Assembly: GCA_964016885.1 (NCBI GenBank)
Contig: OZ024759.1
Location: forward strand, 29,078,001 to 29,142,000
Reading direction: 5' to 3'
Length of the DNA stretch: 64,000 bases
From: Eledone cirrhosa
Taxonomy: Eukaryota
Shown: positions 13,878 to 28,170 of the stretch, piece after piece
Position numbering within the stretch: position 1 is the first letter of the stretch
Layout: every line of letters begins with the position of its first letter
Notes under the pieces: generated by a model
Databases searched by the model: none
What the model saw: only the letters and a program-made list of their open reading frames with translations
Told to the model about the DNA's origin: nothing
Position numbers and translations under genes: made by a program

Positions 13878-15216
13878 TAAGTTCGTGTTCCGCCATTGCT
13901 GATACCCTACCACCCCCAACTGCTATAAGATCTGTAAAAGGTGTTAACTATTGAATCAGTTAAGCAATAGGAGGTTAGTGAGTAATGGTCAGGGGGTTTG
14001 CTAACTGATTATTTTTATGTGAACCTTGAGTAAATAATTGTTTCTGCTATAGGCACAAGGCCAGCAATTTGAAGGGGGCTGGGAACAGCAATTAAATCGA
14101 CCCCGTAAGGATGTAAGGCAAAGCTAACCTCAGCTACAAGGCATTGACACTAACAATTCTGCCAAATTGGCACCCTTTGGTACTGGGATTGATATGATTG
14201 ATTATATAATATTTTAAAAAAAAATGTTATGGGTTGAGCCCCAGGGGGCCATGGCCCATTGATTTAAAAACCACTAAAATAGTTTTAAAACAAAAATAAA
14301 TAGCTGCAATAAATATAAGGACAACAACATCAGTCATTCCATGTTATAATTATATAGGTCACCTGTAGATAATCCAGGGTAGGTGGTGAGGAATATAGGT
14401 AGGTAGGGGTGGTGGAATTAGTGTGGGTGGATCTTGTGTTTACCTTCCACCACCAACACTCTTTCACCACCGCCTCCTCCCTTATTGTAATGAGATGAGG
14501 GGGGCGAGGCTCTATGATATGGCAAGGAATGGGACAGCTTATTGTGGGGTGGTGGTGGTTAGCATAACAGTAGTGGCGGTGGTGGCAGTGGTTTGATGAC
14601 ACCATTTCTTGATGAGAAGGGGGTGGGGGTGCGTATAGAGGAAGAGAATGGTGGTGGTGGTGGTGGTGGTTATAATGGTATTTGTAGTGGTGATAGTGGT
14701 TATGGTGGGCGAGAGTAGTGTTTGTGTTGATGGTGGCAAAAGTTGTGTTTGGCTGATAAAAACATGAAAGAGCTAAATTTTGTTATTTTTAATCAATAGA
14801 GATCCAGAAGTGACTGTGGTTAGGTGGGGGAGGGCTGTGATGTTTTTAGGCCCCTAACCTCTTTATATGGTTATTGAAGTATTTAAACTACCAAAAAACC
14901 TGTTGATACCACAACCACCTACCACCCTCTCTTCCTATCTCTCTCCCTGGGACACACTCTTCTCTCTTTTTCTGGTACACCTTTCTATCTCCTCCGCAGT
15001 GATACCCTCCTCTCTCTCTCTAATACTGCCCCCTTTATGTCTCTCTGATCCACTCTCCTATTTCTCTCAATGATACCCCCCCCCCACCGACTATTTCTCT
15101 CTTCCCCTGCATCCTCCCTTTCTACCACTCTCTTCCTCTCCCTCTCTCACTCTATCTCTCTCTGTTCTCTTCCACCAAGTCTTATCACGCTGTAAATGAA
15201 AGGAGCAGAGACATAC

Positions 15217-15283
<67 letters not shown>

Positions 15284-15683
15284 GCAGTGTATGTGTATGT
15301 GAAATGATGTGTGATGATACAGTTAATGTGTACACAGTAATTAATAATAAGTGTAACAAGTGATAAGAGATATTTGATAAGGGAAAGCCTTTAATCATGC
15401 ATGTAGGTTTAGAGCCCCAACAGGGTTGGATTTTCAGGGGAGATGGGGTGGGGGTGACCCCCCCCCCCCATATATATATATATATATATAGACATATACT
15501 CTCACACACACACACACACACACACACGCACGCGCACACACACAGACATATACTCTCACACACATACACAGACAATTCATGGAAACCAGGTTGATTCCCA
15601 GCAGATAGCTGATGTTACAGGGATGTTTCTGTCTGTTTTGTTCTGATCTTCCAGTATGTTTATCTCATCAGTGCTCAGATTTT

Positions 15684-15748
<65 letters not shown>

Positions 15749-15841
15749 TCCTATGTTAAAATGACACACTAACAGCAGCATATCGGAATGAAATAACCAG
15801 AAATGCACCACAAAATTGAACATCCTATTTTCATATTAATT

Positions 15842-15890
<49 letters not shown>

Positions 15891-16645
15891 AATGATATAT
15901 ATATAAAGAGAGAGAGATAGAGTAAGAGAGAGCTGTAAAACTATGTCAGTGACCCAGTCTCTGCCCTGGAGATACCTTCCTCCATTTCACCCAGAAATCT
16001 TGGTGACCCAGAAGAGGTTCGCAAGCAATGACCCCTCTAATTTTTTACCCATCTAGTAGACAGAAAATTTGATGCTTTAAGCAAAAATATTTTAAAATCA
16101 AACATCACTTCATGGCAACTTCAAAGCTGTTAAAATACTATAAACATTTGAATTAAACCACATGAAACCACATCAGCAAGGCATTTTTGAAAACTAAAAC
16201 AAAACAAAACAAAACAGCACTATGACTGCATCTTATAAAAAAAAAAAGGAAGTCTTTAGTTCACTGTCCATTAATAAAGATACCATAAACATTTGAATTA
16301 ACAAACCTGTTTTTAGATATTTTCTACTAAATAATTACATTATGTTAAGAGTTAATAACGATGGAATATAAACTGACCCACTATTTTATGTCTGAGAAAT
16401 GGGCAGAAATTTACTTCTTTATTTACATAAAATTTGAAGTTGGTGAAATCGTCAAAATTTGACTCCATATATAAACCCACTCCAGTTCTACCATTGATTT
16501 TTTGGTCACACACATTCCTCAGCTTACATTGATGTATATACAGTATATATATATAAAAGCAACACCAGATTTCAGCCCAGAGCAAAACAACAGAAGTAAG
16601 CTTTATTTCATATTTGTTTTTCTGCTTTTTCTGTTCAAATTCTAT

Positions 16646-16704
16646 CTGTCTGATGAGGTCATAGCTGCTGCATAAAGGTTATCACCGAAATATATATATA
16701 ACAG
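16646..16704 (+). ncRNA. Type-I hammerhead ribozyme motif, intact core
   Basis: ctgt-CTGATGA-GGTcATAGC...GTTATcACC-GAAA-tatatat-ATA-acag; stems I, II and a minimal stem III can all pair. Confidence 0.65.
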
Positions 16705-17225
16705 CGATTATGAACAAACGAAGTTAATTAAAACCCATTGACTTGTACTTCTTGTTTACACACACACACACACAACCACAATCACAGTGAATGTCACTAT
16801 ATCATGAATAATTCTTTATATACATAATACAGAGAATAGACAGCTGCTGTCCAGTGAAAAATCTGTGGTTTTGTTTAATAATGGCTAATTAATCTATAAT
16901 ATAATATAATATAATCTTATTGTGTTATGTGAATGGTGAGGTCTCTGTTTTGTCATATTGTGAATGGTAATGCCTTGTGTGTCTTTTATTGTTGACCCCC
17001 CACCCCCACCCCACCTTCTCTCAGTGAATTGGGAGAAGTTAAAACATTGGATAGAATACTTTGTAATATTCATTCCAGCTCTCTGGGCTCTTAGATCAAC
17101 TTCGCCTTTCATCCCTTCGAAGTTAATGGTGAGCCAGTCCTTTACTGAAGTTGATTCTCTCTCTCTCTCTCTCTTTCTCTCCTTGAAGAAATGGTTGTGT
17201 TTGGAACTAGAGAGAGGATGAGGTT

Positions 17226-17426
17226 CAACCCTTTTTTAGCATTTACATTACTCTATATTTACTATTGTAAACATTTTAAAATCTCACATAATATTGAATC
17301 TATGAGATTTTGATATTGGTAACAATATCTTAACATCAGTATGAGCAGCCAGTTATAGTTGGTTTGAGCAGAAAGAGGTGAAGAAATTCTGGCCAAATAC
17401 GGCCGGTTTAAATGCTAAAGAGTTAA
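17226..17426. mobile_element. piggyBac-like MITE
   Basis: aaccc...tttagcattt...aaatgctaaagagttaa ends; same family at about 1050-1236, 23395-23599, 63117-63369. Confidence 0.65.
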
Positions 17427-17888
17427 AGCACCCAAGAAATACCATATGTCATTATGGCACACCTATGGCTCCACCAGGAGTCATGTGTCTATAAATACAT
17501 GTGTATGTGTGTATATAGACATATGGATATGTGTGTGTGTGTTTTACCGGCACATTCTTCTGCTATTCACTGTGGTGCTATTTCTTCATACTTACATACA
17601 ATACAATAAAAGACACTATTCAGTCTTAAGTATTTTAATTAGACATTCATTGTTAATTTTCTTATTAAATGCCCCCTGCCACAGCCCCCACCCCAAACAC
17701 CATCCTCCAACCTCCAACCCTCTTTTTCTCTAGGAATGTGCATGAAATTATGTCCCACACGCATATTTTTATATATAAGTATATATGTGTGTGTGTGTGT
17801 GTATATCATCATTTCATTTTATATATATATATGTGTGTGTGTGTTTGTGCGCATATATACATATATTGATATGTATATATTATACACA

Positions 17889-18229
17889 GGAGGCACATGG
17901 CTTAGTGGTTAGAGCATTGGCCTTGCAATCGAAAGGTTGTGAGTTCAATTCTCAGACCGGGTGATGTGTTGTTTCCTTGAGCAAGACACTTATTTCACAT
18001 TGCTCCAGTTTACTCAGCTGTAGAAATGAGATGATAGGGACTGGGGTCCCTATCATTCCACTGCAAAGTGGTCGTGGAGGTGCCACGGCAAAAAAGTACC
18101 CAGCACTCACTGTAAATGAGGTTGGTGTTAGGAAAGGCATCCACCTGTAGAAACCAAGCCAGAATCAGTTCCCGTCCCACCCTTGCAAGAAGGGAAAAGC
18201 GGACGTAAGATGAAATGATGATGATGATG
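17889..18229 (+). mobile_element. SINE family B, full length (tRNA head, central domain, RTE-type 3' tail ending (GAT)n)
   Basis: A box tggcttagtgg and B box gagttcaattc, body ccttgagcaagacac..., tail ggaaaagcggacgtaagatgaaatgatgatg shared with RTE 3' ends in this window. Confidence 0.88.
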
Positions 18230-18319
18230 ACATATATTCACACACATAAACACATTTACAGTACAAATGCATGACTTTATTCTCAACAATTTATGTGTGG
18301 TTGTATATGTATTTGTATG

Positions 18320-18354
<35 letters not shown>

Positions 18355-18426
18355 AGGTGAGAGAATGTATATTTATATGCATGTATAAATGCTGGTGGGA
18401 ATACGCACACAAAAAGGTGAGGGTTC

Positions 18427-18458
<32 letters not shown>

Positions 18459-18894
18459 ACTCACACAGGTGAGAGGGTGTACATATATTATGTGTGTATA
18501 TATATATATATTACAGCTAAACCAACCTCTTTTCCTATTATTAGTCATCTAAATTCTTTCCCTTTCTTCTGGACTTCAGTGAAAGGTTTACAGCTTTTTT
18601 CTTTGTAACTTGTGTTTGTGTATGCGCATGTGTGGGTATATATGCGTGAGTCTGTCTATGTGTGTGGTGGACTGGTGGAATTGTTAGAGCATTGGAAATG
18701 CCCTACAGTATATTTTTCTGTTTCTTTGTGTTCAGAGTTCAAATCTAGGTGTGGCCTGCTAACCTCCAGTTTTAGGGTTATTTCCATTATTCTCTAGCCT
18801 CCACTAACCTTGGTACTCTGAAAAATTTATAAACAAGAATGCACACACACACATACATAAATATTAATAAATGGAAACTAGATTTATAAAACCC

Positions 18895-18970
18895 ATATTT
18901 ATTTTATTATACATATTTCAAGGGCCACCAAAGCAAGTTATGGTGCGCTTTCATCAGATAAAATACAATA
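18895..18970 (-). ncRNA. Type-I hammerhead ribozyme motif, intact core
   Basis: Minus strand: tattgtattttat-CTGATGA-aagcgcacca...tggtggccctt-GAAA-tatgt-ATA-ataaaataaata; about 12-bp stem I with one bulge. Confidence 0.7.
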
Positions 18971-19057
18971 CAGATTAGTTTTATAAATAAATATTGATGT
19001 ACCCTGAAAAAAGACAACCTTAACGGTTGGAGTTTCTTGGATAGTGATATATATATA

Positions 19058-19399
19058 TCATCATCATTCATCATCATTTCATTTTACGTCCGCTTTTCCC
19101 TGCTTTCAAGGGTGGGACGGGAACTGATTCTGGCTTGATTTCTACAGCTGGATGCCCTTCCTAACACCAACCTCATTTACAGTGAGTGCTGGGTGCTTTT
19201 TTGCCGTGACACCTCCACGACCACTTTGCAGTGGAATGATAGGGACCCCAGTCCCTATCATCTCATTTCTACAGCTGAGTAAACTGGAGCAATGTGAAAT
19301 AAAGTCTCTTGCTCAAGGAAACAACACATCACCCGGTCTGAGAATTGAACTCACAACCTTTCGATTGCAAGGCCAATGCTCTAACCACTAAGCCATGTG
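19058..19399 (-). mobile_element. SINE family B, full length
   Basis: Reverse complement of 17889-18229 with few differences. Confidence 0.88.
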
Positions 19400-19631
19400 G
19401 TTATATATCATCATCATCATTTTACATCCGCTTTTCCTTGCTTATATATAAAAAAACAAAATGAGGTTTGACTTTGACAATTGAGGTTGTTATTGATTGG
19501 GCTCAGTTATATAAACGTTTCAGAGTTGGGTGGCTCAGGATCCATAGTTGTGCTAAACCCGACCCCACACCAAATCAGCTTGTCAGACTTGTTAATCAAG
19601 CAAAACCAGCATCTCATCTCACATATTATAT

Positions 19632-19662
<31 letters not shown>

Positions 19663-19957
19663 CCGTTTAATGTCTATCTTCCATGCTAGCATGGGTTAGA
19701 TGGGAATAGTCCCACTTGAGGCTAGATTGATCAGGTGGCCGTGTCTCGCTTGTATAGAAACTGTATCTGGCAGTTATATCATCATCATCTTCGTTTAACG
19801 TCCATTTTCCACGTTAGCACGGCTTATTTATATATATATGGGTTATATATATATTTACAGGGATACACATAAAATATAAAATATTAAAAACAACACATTC
19901 ACATTCACATGAATCCAGTTTTTCTAATTTTTATTTTCTAATCTATCTATTTGTACT

Positions 19958-19992
19958 CTCCTGATGAAGGACTAACATCCATACATTGAACT
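19958..19992 (+). ncRNA. Degenerate hammerhead motif, family B
   Basis: ctcCTGATGAaggactaacatccatacattgaa; the GAAA core is decayed; related copy on the minus strand at about 44075-44112. Confidence 0.35.
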
Positions 19993-20551
19993 TCTTTTCC
20001 CTTCCTCATCTAAAACACGGACCAAATAATGCTAATTGTTTTTGTATCTTTGTATATATGTGTGTATATGTGTGTGTATAAACATGCTTCTACAAATATT
20101 TCTGTTTTCTATTTTTTACAGGGATTCCCAGGTTGTTATGTCTGTCAACTTGTAAATGCAACAGAAGAAATTTATGGTGCAAATATGTAGGAATGTTATA
20201 ATAATCTTCACCTGCGGATAAAATAAATAAATACATATACATACACATATACACACACACTTGTGTGTGTATATATAGATATATATAGGTATATATGCAT
20301 GTGTATATACATGAATGTATACATACAATACATACCTAACATAACATTTACACCATCACCATCACCATCACCCTCAACATTATTGGATATTAAGAGGGGC
20401 TGAAAAGCTGCTGCTGTTGTTGTTGTTATCATCATTATTATTATTATCATTGTATATATAATGTTGCTGCAGACAATGTGAAGGGGAAGGTGGGTGAGGA
20501 GGAGGAGAGACTGTTAACATAAAGCTACTATTTGACTGACAGCATTTAGTC

Positions 20552-20633
20552 ATGCTATGTTGGAGAAGCCAACTAGCTTTTGTACTCTTACCAATACTCC
20601 TGTTGGCCACTTCAAAATCTGAACAAGAAGGAG
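20552..20633 (+). CDS. FGFR: FGFR-family receptor, coding exon 1 (signal peptide MLCWRSQLAFVLLPILLLATSKSEQEG)
   Basis: ATG at 20552, hydrophobic signal-peptide core, strong donor GAG|GTAAGT at 20634. The phase-1 end matches the phase-1 start of the IgI exon at 41712. Possible acceptor ttgctgcag at 20472 for a 5'UTR part. Linkage across the 21-kb intron is inferred. Confidence 0.72.
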
Positions 20634-20787
20634 GTAAGTACACACATATACATATAAATAAATATATATATCATCATCATCATCATCATCATCGATTAAT
20701 GCCCATCTTATATATATATATCTATATACACTTCAATGAAAATATAAAAAGGCCAGATTCCAATACCTTTCTTTGATGTTGCTTAAT

Positions 20788-20830
20788 TACATAATGCACA
20801 TTTCTGTGGCTGGCTTACGTCATCAGATGT
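20788..20830 (-). ncRNA. Hammerhead motif just downstream of FGFR exon 1 (antisense)
   Basis: Minus strand: acat-CTGATGA-cgtaagccagccaca-GAAA-tgtgc-ATT-atgt; stem I acat/atgt, weak stem II. Confidence 0.5.
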
Positions 20831-21256
20831 TATGAATTGATATGGAGGCAGTCCAGCTAGCGAATCCATCACCAGAGGTTCTCAAACTTTAGGGCCACTG
20901 CCCCCCTCACAACCACGTAATAACCTCAGCGCCCTCACAACCTTATTTTTAGAAAGACCTGCCTACATGCAAATTATAAATAATATATAATAAAATAAAT
21001 ATATATTTTTCATTTTACTATATTTTTATATAATATGTATCATTTGATATTTAATATACTATTATATCATCTCTACTGCCCCCTTAGGCTGCAGCAGCAC
21101 ACCCCTGGACCTTCTCAACGTGGGGGGTGGGGTTGTAGCACCTGCTTTGAGACTATAAGATAGCCAATGAGGGGAATTGTGTATGCACTTGTCTCTTCTG
21201 AGTTTTCTGTTACTTTCATATGTCCCATGCATAGATACATACATACATATACATAT

Positions 21257-21342
<86 letters not shown>

Positions 21343-21384
21343 ATGTGTATATATAATTATTACTATTTCTCTGAAGAGATACAA

Positions 21385-21798
21385 AAACAATGGTTTCAAG
21401 CCCAACATTTTGGCGGGAGAGGGGAAATTCAATCAACTCGACCTCAGTGTATTACTGGTACTTTATTTTATCGACCCCCGTAAGGATGAAAGGCAAAGTT
21501 AACCTCAGCGGCATTTGAACTCAGACTGTAAAGGTCCGTAACTCTATGCTGCAAAGCATGGTGTCCAACCCTCTACTGGTACTGCCAATCCACCAATAGG
21601 CCTAAAATAATTATTTCTACTTTTGGCACAAGGCCAGCAATTATTCCAGTACATTACTGGTACTTTATTTTATCGACCCCATAAGGATGAAAGGCAAAGT
21701 TAACCTCACCGGGATTTGAACTCAGACCATAAAGGGCCGTAACTCTTTGTTGCAAAGCATGGCGTCCAACCCTCTACCGATACTGCCAATCCACTGCC
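21385..21798 (-). mobile_element. Two tandem SINE family A copies
   Basis: 21385-21594 and 21609-21798 both match the family A consensus. Confidence 0.85.
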
Positions 21799-24700
21799 TG
21801 TTGTATTTAGTACTGGCCCTTGTTTGTGACAACTTGTCCAATCCTTGCTGATGGGAGTGGTTGTATTTACCTCTTAAAGATTTATAAACCGCCTATCCAA
21901 TCTTAAAATCATCTACTAAATTTACGATTACAACCATCCTCCCCCATTCCCACTACACTGTTACCTGTCCTACTCTGCCCCCACATACCTCCCCATCTTC
22001 ATTACACCTGTTGCTTTTTCCTACGTCCCACCCTGCCCCCACCATTAACTATATTTTTCTTATTTTTTATTTACTATAGTTTTTTTTTTAATACTTTTAC
22101 TATTTTTGTTTTTCAGTTTTATTTGTTGCTTTTGCCCATATAACATATGGTACTTTATTTCCTGGTACTTTATTTACCCCCCCCCCCCCGTACTTGGCTA
22201 GCATTTTATTTTATCGGCCCTCAGTGCATGACAGGTACTTTATTTTTAACCGGTGCTTTACTTTATCAACTCCAAAAAGATGAAAGGCAAAGTTGAGCTC
22301 GGCATAATTTAAATTCAGAACATAATGTCACTGCCCTAGCTTGGCCTCAGCCTGTCAACTGAAATGCGTATAGAGTAAAAGACAGCCATGACAAATACTA
22401 CCAGAAATTTATTTAACGTTATGAAGATTCTACTATTTCAAACAACTACAAAATACAGATCTGTCTTGGTCAGACTTCACTCCAGTATTACAAAATAGAT
22501 TCCTTATAAGGGCATGTTATCTCAAAGTCTTGTGACTTAAATCATTCACTACATTCTTACATATATACATTGTTTTCAACTTATTCTGCTTCACCATCCA
22601 CCATCATAAACAAATCATACATGTCACCACCCATCATTCTTAGAAATAGTACATACCATCATCCACCACCACCAGTACAGTACACCACACCATACCACTA
22701 CACCACACCATCACACCCACCACACCATCTCCCTCACCACTGCACCATCATTTATCAGCTGTTAGGTGTGTCAAATAAGGGAGACTTTGCAGGAAGTGAC
22801 ATGTAAAGTCTGTTTTTGGTTATCCACAAGATATGGTGTGGGAGGGGGTGGGGGTGATCATGGTGAATATGGCGACAGTGATGATGGTGATGGTTAGAGT
22901 ACTGGTGGTAGTGGTGGGGGTGATTAAGATGATGGTTATCACCATCTTTTCTTAGTGGTGGTGGTGCTGATGATGCAGCTAATCAAACCAGTCCTCCCCA
23001 CACAAACTGTCCTGCTTAACCCAAAGGGCTTATCATAAAACAAACATTAACACACACACACACACACACACACAGTTCTTGCCCTCTTCCTCAATCAAGG
23101 GTCCCATTTATATCCCCTCTCCCCATCCCTCTCAAAAAACTTTCATTTTGGTTTCACTACACTAACTCCTACCCCAAATTGCTGCTGATTTCCTCCATAA
23201 AATAAGAAGGGGTTTCTCCCACTGAAGGAAGGGGCCCTGTGGTGTTTATTAGCTGATGCAGCATGTGCTGCCAGCTATTTTCTGGAGCAATGCCACCAAC
23301 ATTATGTTATGTACCTTGGCCACAGCTAAAATATATCCCTTGGCTGGGTTATAGAGCCTCCAGCTCCCACCCCCTTTTCCCTTACTCTGGTATTTAATCC
23401 TTTAATATTTACATTACTCTATATTTACTATTATATTTTTGAGGTAAAAGCTTTATCTCACATAATATCGAATCTATGAGATTTTGATATTTATTTTGAG
23501 AACAATACCTTAACATCAGTATGAGTGGCTGGCTATGGCCAGTTTGAATAGAAAGAGGTGAGAAAATGGATATCACTGGTTTAAATGCTAAAGGGTTAAT
23601 TTCTCTCATGCTTTTCTTTTTAAATATGCAAAGTATATATAATCCAACTGACACTTGTGTAATAAAATTGTAGATCTACCATAACTACCCCTGTGGAATG
23701 AATATTACTCTATTACAGTGTTCCAGCCGACAGGCTGAGGCCTTGCTGGGGCACTACCATTATATCATCATCATCATTATCATCGTTTAACGTCTATCTT
23801 CCACGTTAGCATGGGTTTAGGTGGGAATTGTCCCACTTGGGGCAAGATTGGTTGTCTCGCTTGTATAGGACTGTCTGGCAGGTTTTCTACGGCTGGATGC
23901 CCTTCCTAACACCAACCACGTTTACAGTCTGGACTGGGAGGTTTTTACCATGTTACCTACACTGCCACATTACAGCGTGGACTGTGTGTGTTTTTTGTTT
24001 TTTTTTGTCGTGACACCTACACAACCTCATTTATTTAGGACTGGATGTTGTGGTACCAACATAACTTTACAGAGGAAGGGGCTGGGAGTTGGGGTAGTGG
24101 GATGGGGGTGTATATTTGATTAAGAGGTGCCTACTGACTAGGTTTCACATATACTGTATCCCCCCCCACCCACCCCGACGTCGAAGACACTACTTTTTTC
24201 CTAAATTAAGTCTTCAAAAATCTACCATGGGTCCTTGAGGCTGAAGGTTGTTTATTTTTTTTTTTCAAATTTTTGGTTGTCAAAATAAGGAGAGGACGAA
24301 GCGCAGAGAAATACAGTATATTAAGATTTATAATTTATTAAGTCTACCACCACCCATCCATCACTAGCATCAACATCATTACTCCCATTACCACCATCAC
24401 TATCTTGACTACCACTACCATCACCATCATTACATTACTACCATTATAACCACCATCATCATGGTCCAATAAGCAGAGTCTTAAGAAATACAGGAGACCT
24501 CTCTCACTCTCTCACACACAATATCTACCTAACCAGCTCCTTTAGATACACCCCAACCCCACTTCAATCGTACATAGAACTATATAAATACCTATACACA
24601 CTGTCTGTGGTTAAGGAGTGGGTGGGTGTCATGTAAAGAAATGTGTGGTGGTGGAGGTTGTGAGGGGGGATGCTTATGGTAGTGTAATGGCTATAGTGTT

Positions 24701-25469
24701 GTTGTTGTTGGTGGTGATGGTGTTTATGCCGTTTATGGTAGTATAGTGGTTATGGTGATGGTAGTTTTGTTAGTGTGTTCATGGTAGTAGTTATAAGTGT
24801 TGTGGTGTCGACTAAAGAAGGGTTAGGGTGTGGGGTAATGTACCTACCCCTTTTATCTACCCTACACCTGAAACCACAACTCCTGACTCATTCATTCAGT
24901 TGAAAAGAAAACTTTTAGAAGGAAATATACAGAAGGAAGAGAAGAAAGAAAAGAGTCCCCTTCCCTCCTCTTCACTCTAGATCTCAGGGGTGGTGGTGTG
25001 TTGAACACGTTGACAGTGGTGAGGTGGTTGTGGTGGTGATTGATAATATACTGGTGAAGGTAGTGGCGGTGGTGATTATGATAGTGACAGTGATGATAGT
25101 GGTTGTGATGGTGATTGTGGTGATAGTGGTAGAGGTGGTGGTTATGATGGTGATAATAGTAGTGGTGGTAGTGGTAGTGGTTATGGCGGAAGTCACTGGT
25201 TATAAACATGGATGATATCATCTACTGGTTATTGTTATCAAAATTAGTGTGTCTCAAATTCTTCTTGATTAGCTCAATGTCACTAGTTAGCTACTTAGTG
25301 TTATCATAAAAAGGCTCCCAGAAACGTGGTGTAGAGGACAAGTGATCACAATAAGCAGCGTCCACTGTTATACAGTTAGACAGGAAGGTGTATTGGTTGT
25401 TATCTCCCTTCATTCCCCTTCTTTTCTATCACTGTACCCTTCACCAATCACTGACCAGCTGAGTATCAG

Positions 25470-25900
25470 TTGATAGTGAGGGTGTAATGTTATGCAGGGC
25501 ACCACCATGGATTTGGAGGGACAGAATGAAAACATGCCAGCCAGTTCTGGTCAAGCAGTCTTGTTGCACAGGGTTGTGTCCTATTTTTCTGGTGTGGGGG
25601 AAGACCACAGATTGGAGGCCTGGCTCGCGTCGCAGAGGCCGCCTCACATTCTTGGATCACAGTAGATTCTGATGTGTTGAGGAGAACCATGTCTACAGAT
25701 TGGAGACCGAGTTTGTCCCTTAGGCCTGTCAGGTCCCAGAGGCTTCCCCACATTCTCCGATCGCAGTAGGTTTTGATGTGCTGTGGAAAACCATCCCCAC
25801 AGATCAGAGGCCAAGCTGGTTTCAGAAGGTTCTGATGTATTGTGGATAACATTGTTGGTGAGGACATGACAGGAAACACTGAGAGTGCCAACTGAGACCA
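25470..25900 (+). mobile_element. Decayed LINE RT C-terminal fragment
   Basis: Frameshifted RMK...LVW...RPGSRRRGRLTFLD motif typical of RTE-type RT C-termini, ending in a CAC-repeat tail. Confidence 0.5.
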
Positions 25901-26418
25901 CACCACCACCATGATCCCATCATTTCCTCTTCTTTCCCTCCTCCTCCCTCTCTCTCATTCCTTCACCTCTTACTACTCTCCCACCTCTTATTACTCACCA
26001 CCCCTCCCCCACCCCCTATCTCATTCCTCCACCTTTTACTACTCCCCACTCTCATTCCTTTATCGCTTACTCCTCCACCTTGCTCTCTCCTTACCTCACT
26101 CATCTTCCCCCTCTCCTACCCCTTTCCTCACCGTTGACCTGTTTAACTGAATGAAATAAATCAATTAGTAACGGTTATGAAAGGCAATAGCTGTTGTTTA
26201 ACCCTGGGTCAACCTTGATAAAGCAAACTACACAATCATCAAAGGCATTCCAGTCACAACCATTCTGTCACAGCTCACACCTATAAAGGTTTATATGGCC
26301 TCATATGAGGTTGTATATGATTGGAGGAGGAGGTTTCTCAGGTGTTATAATGATAGGGTCCCCGGTTCTATTACAGCTCCCTCATCTAAGTGTGATTTAT
26401 ATGTGTGTGTGTGTATAC

Positions 26419-26960
26419 AGCAGGGTTGGATTGACAGAACAGTAGCAGCATTTAGTTATGGCCCTTTATGTTCTGGGTTCAAATCAGGCTGAGTTCAACT
26501 TTGCCATTTATCCTGTCAAGCACTGGGATCAATAATATAATAGACTTTCCCCTTTCCCCCAAATTAGAAATCATTATTATATACAGGGCGGTGGATTGGC
26601 AGTATCGGTAGAGGGTCGGACACCATGCTTTGCAGCATAGAGTTACGGCCCTTTATGATCTGAGTTCAAATCCCGCCGAGGTTAACTTTACCTTTCATCC
26701 TTACGGGGTCGATAAAATAAAGTACCAGTAATACACTGGGATAATTGCTGGCCTTGTGGCAAAAGTAGAACAATTATTATATACAAGTGTCGGACATACG
26801 ACCCTTTACGTTCTGAGTTCAAATCCCACCAAGGTTAGCTTTGCCTTTCATCCTTACAGGGTCGATAAAATAAAGTGTCAGTAATGCACTGGGGTCAATT
26901 TAATAGACTTTCCCCTCCTCAAAAGGTTGTTGGCCTTGTGCCTCTATCACAAACCATTAT
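26419..26960 (+). mobile_element. Three tandem SINE family A copies (intact one at 26587-26776)
   Basis: Repeated gagttcaaatccc...ctttcatccttacggggtcgataaaataaagt motif. Confidence 0.82.
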
Positions 26961-28170
26961 TATATGTGTGTGTACATATATACATGTGTGTGTACATATA
27001 TACATGTGTGTAAGTGCATGTGAATGTGTGTAATAACACTAAAGAAATCATGCATGTTTTGTTTTGTTTCTCTGGTTGCACCGAAATTGTGAAGCCCAGT
27101 CTGTGTCAAAGGGTCTCTGGGGGGGTTTTAACTTCCAAAAATATTTATTTTAGAGCACGACTGATATTATATATATATTTTCATTATATGAAATATGTGT
27201 GCCCCTATCACTCACAGAAGATCCAGTGTCACATTGTCTAACTAGCATCCAGATCTCATGACATGGTGGACCTAAAGACCTCGGTTGTTGGCACCATCGA
27301 AGGAACCCGTCCCAAATCACACGCCCTCATCATCATCATCACCGTTTAATGTCTATTTCCCATGTTTGCATGGGTTAGATGGGTTGTCACGTTCAGAAGC
27401 CACACTAGTCAAGAGACCACGTCTTGCTCACCATACATTTCATTTTTGGTGTGGTTTCTATAGTCGGATAGCCCTTCCTAACACCAACCACTTTACAGCA
27501 TGTACTGGGAATATTTTATCATGACGCTGGCACTACCACCTCACAGGGTGGAGTGGGTATCCTATTTGATATATATCATCATCATTTAACATCAATTTTC
27601 TTTGCTCGCAACAGTTGATCAACACAGACCAAATCAGTACTTAATTGGAGCTACTGACCTTTCAGATGGGCCAGGGATCCTCTGCATCTCTCTTAAATTT
27701 CCCTATTTTACAGAGTGTAGTGGTTGTATGTTATTGTGGTACCAGCACTAGTCAGGTTGTCCTGTTCACTCTTTGTTTGGAAAGTTTTCTACAGCTGGAT
27801 GGCTTATGTATCACCAGCCATTTTTCAGAGTGTACTGGGTACATTTTATCATGGCACCAACACCATGTTGTCACACACACCATCTACACCATGTATATAT
27901 ATATGTGTGTGTGTGTATATACACATGTGTGTGTGTGTGTGTCATTGTTTCATTGGCTTTTCTTACTAGCAAAGGTTGGATATGTCTGTGTTTGTCATTT
28001 TATTTATATATATGTATATATATCAAAAGTATGGAAGTGTCCAAACCCCCAAATGCTTTTTGCATCTGTGGTGCTTTGTGACTTAGTAATTTAACCCCCC
28101 CCCCCCCCCACACACACACACACCTGTATGTATGTAAAAGGTGTTCAAGATTCAAAGACGAAGACCACAG

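Noticed and set aside
17889-17970. tRNA gene
   Set aside because: The tRNA-like A/B boxes are the head of a multicopy SINE and lack a proper acceptor stem.
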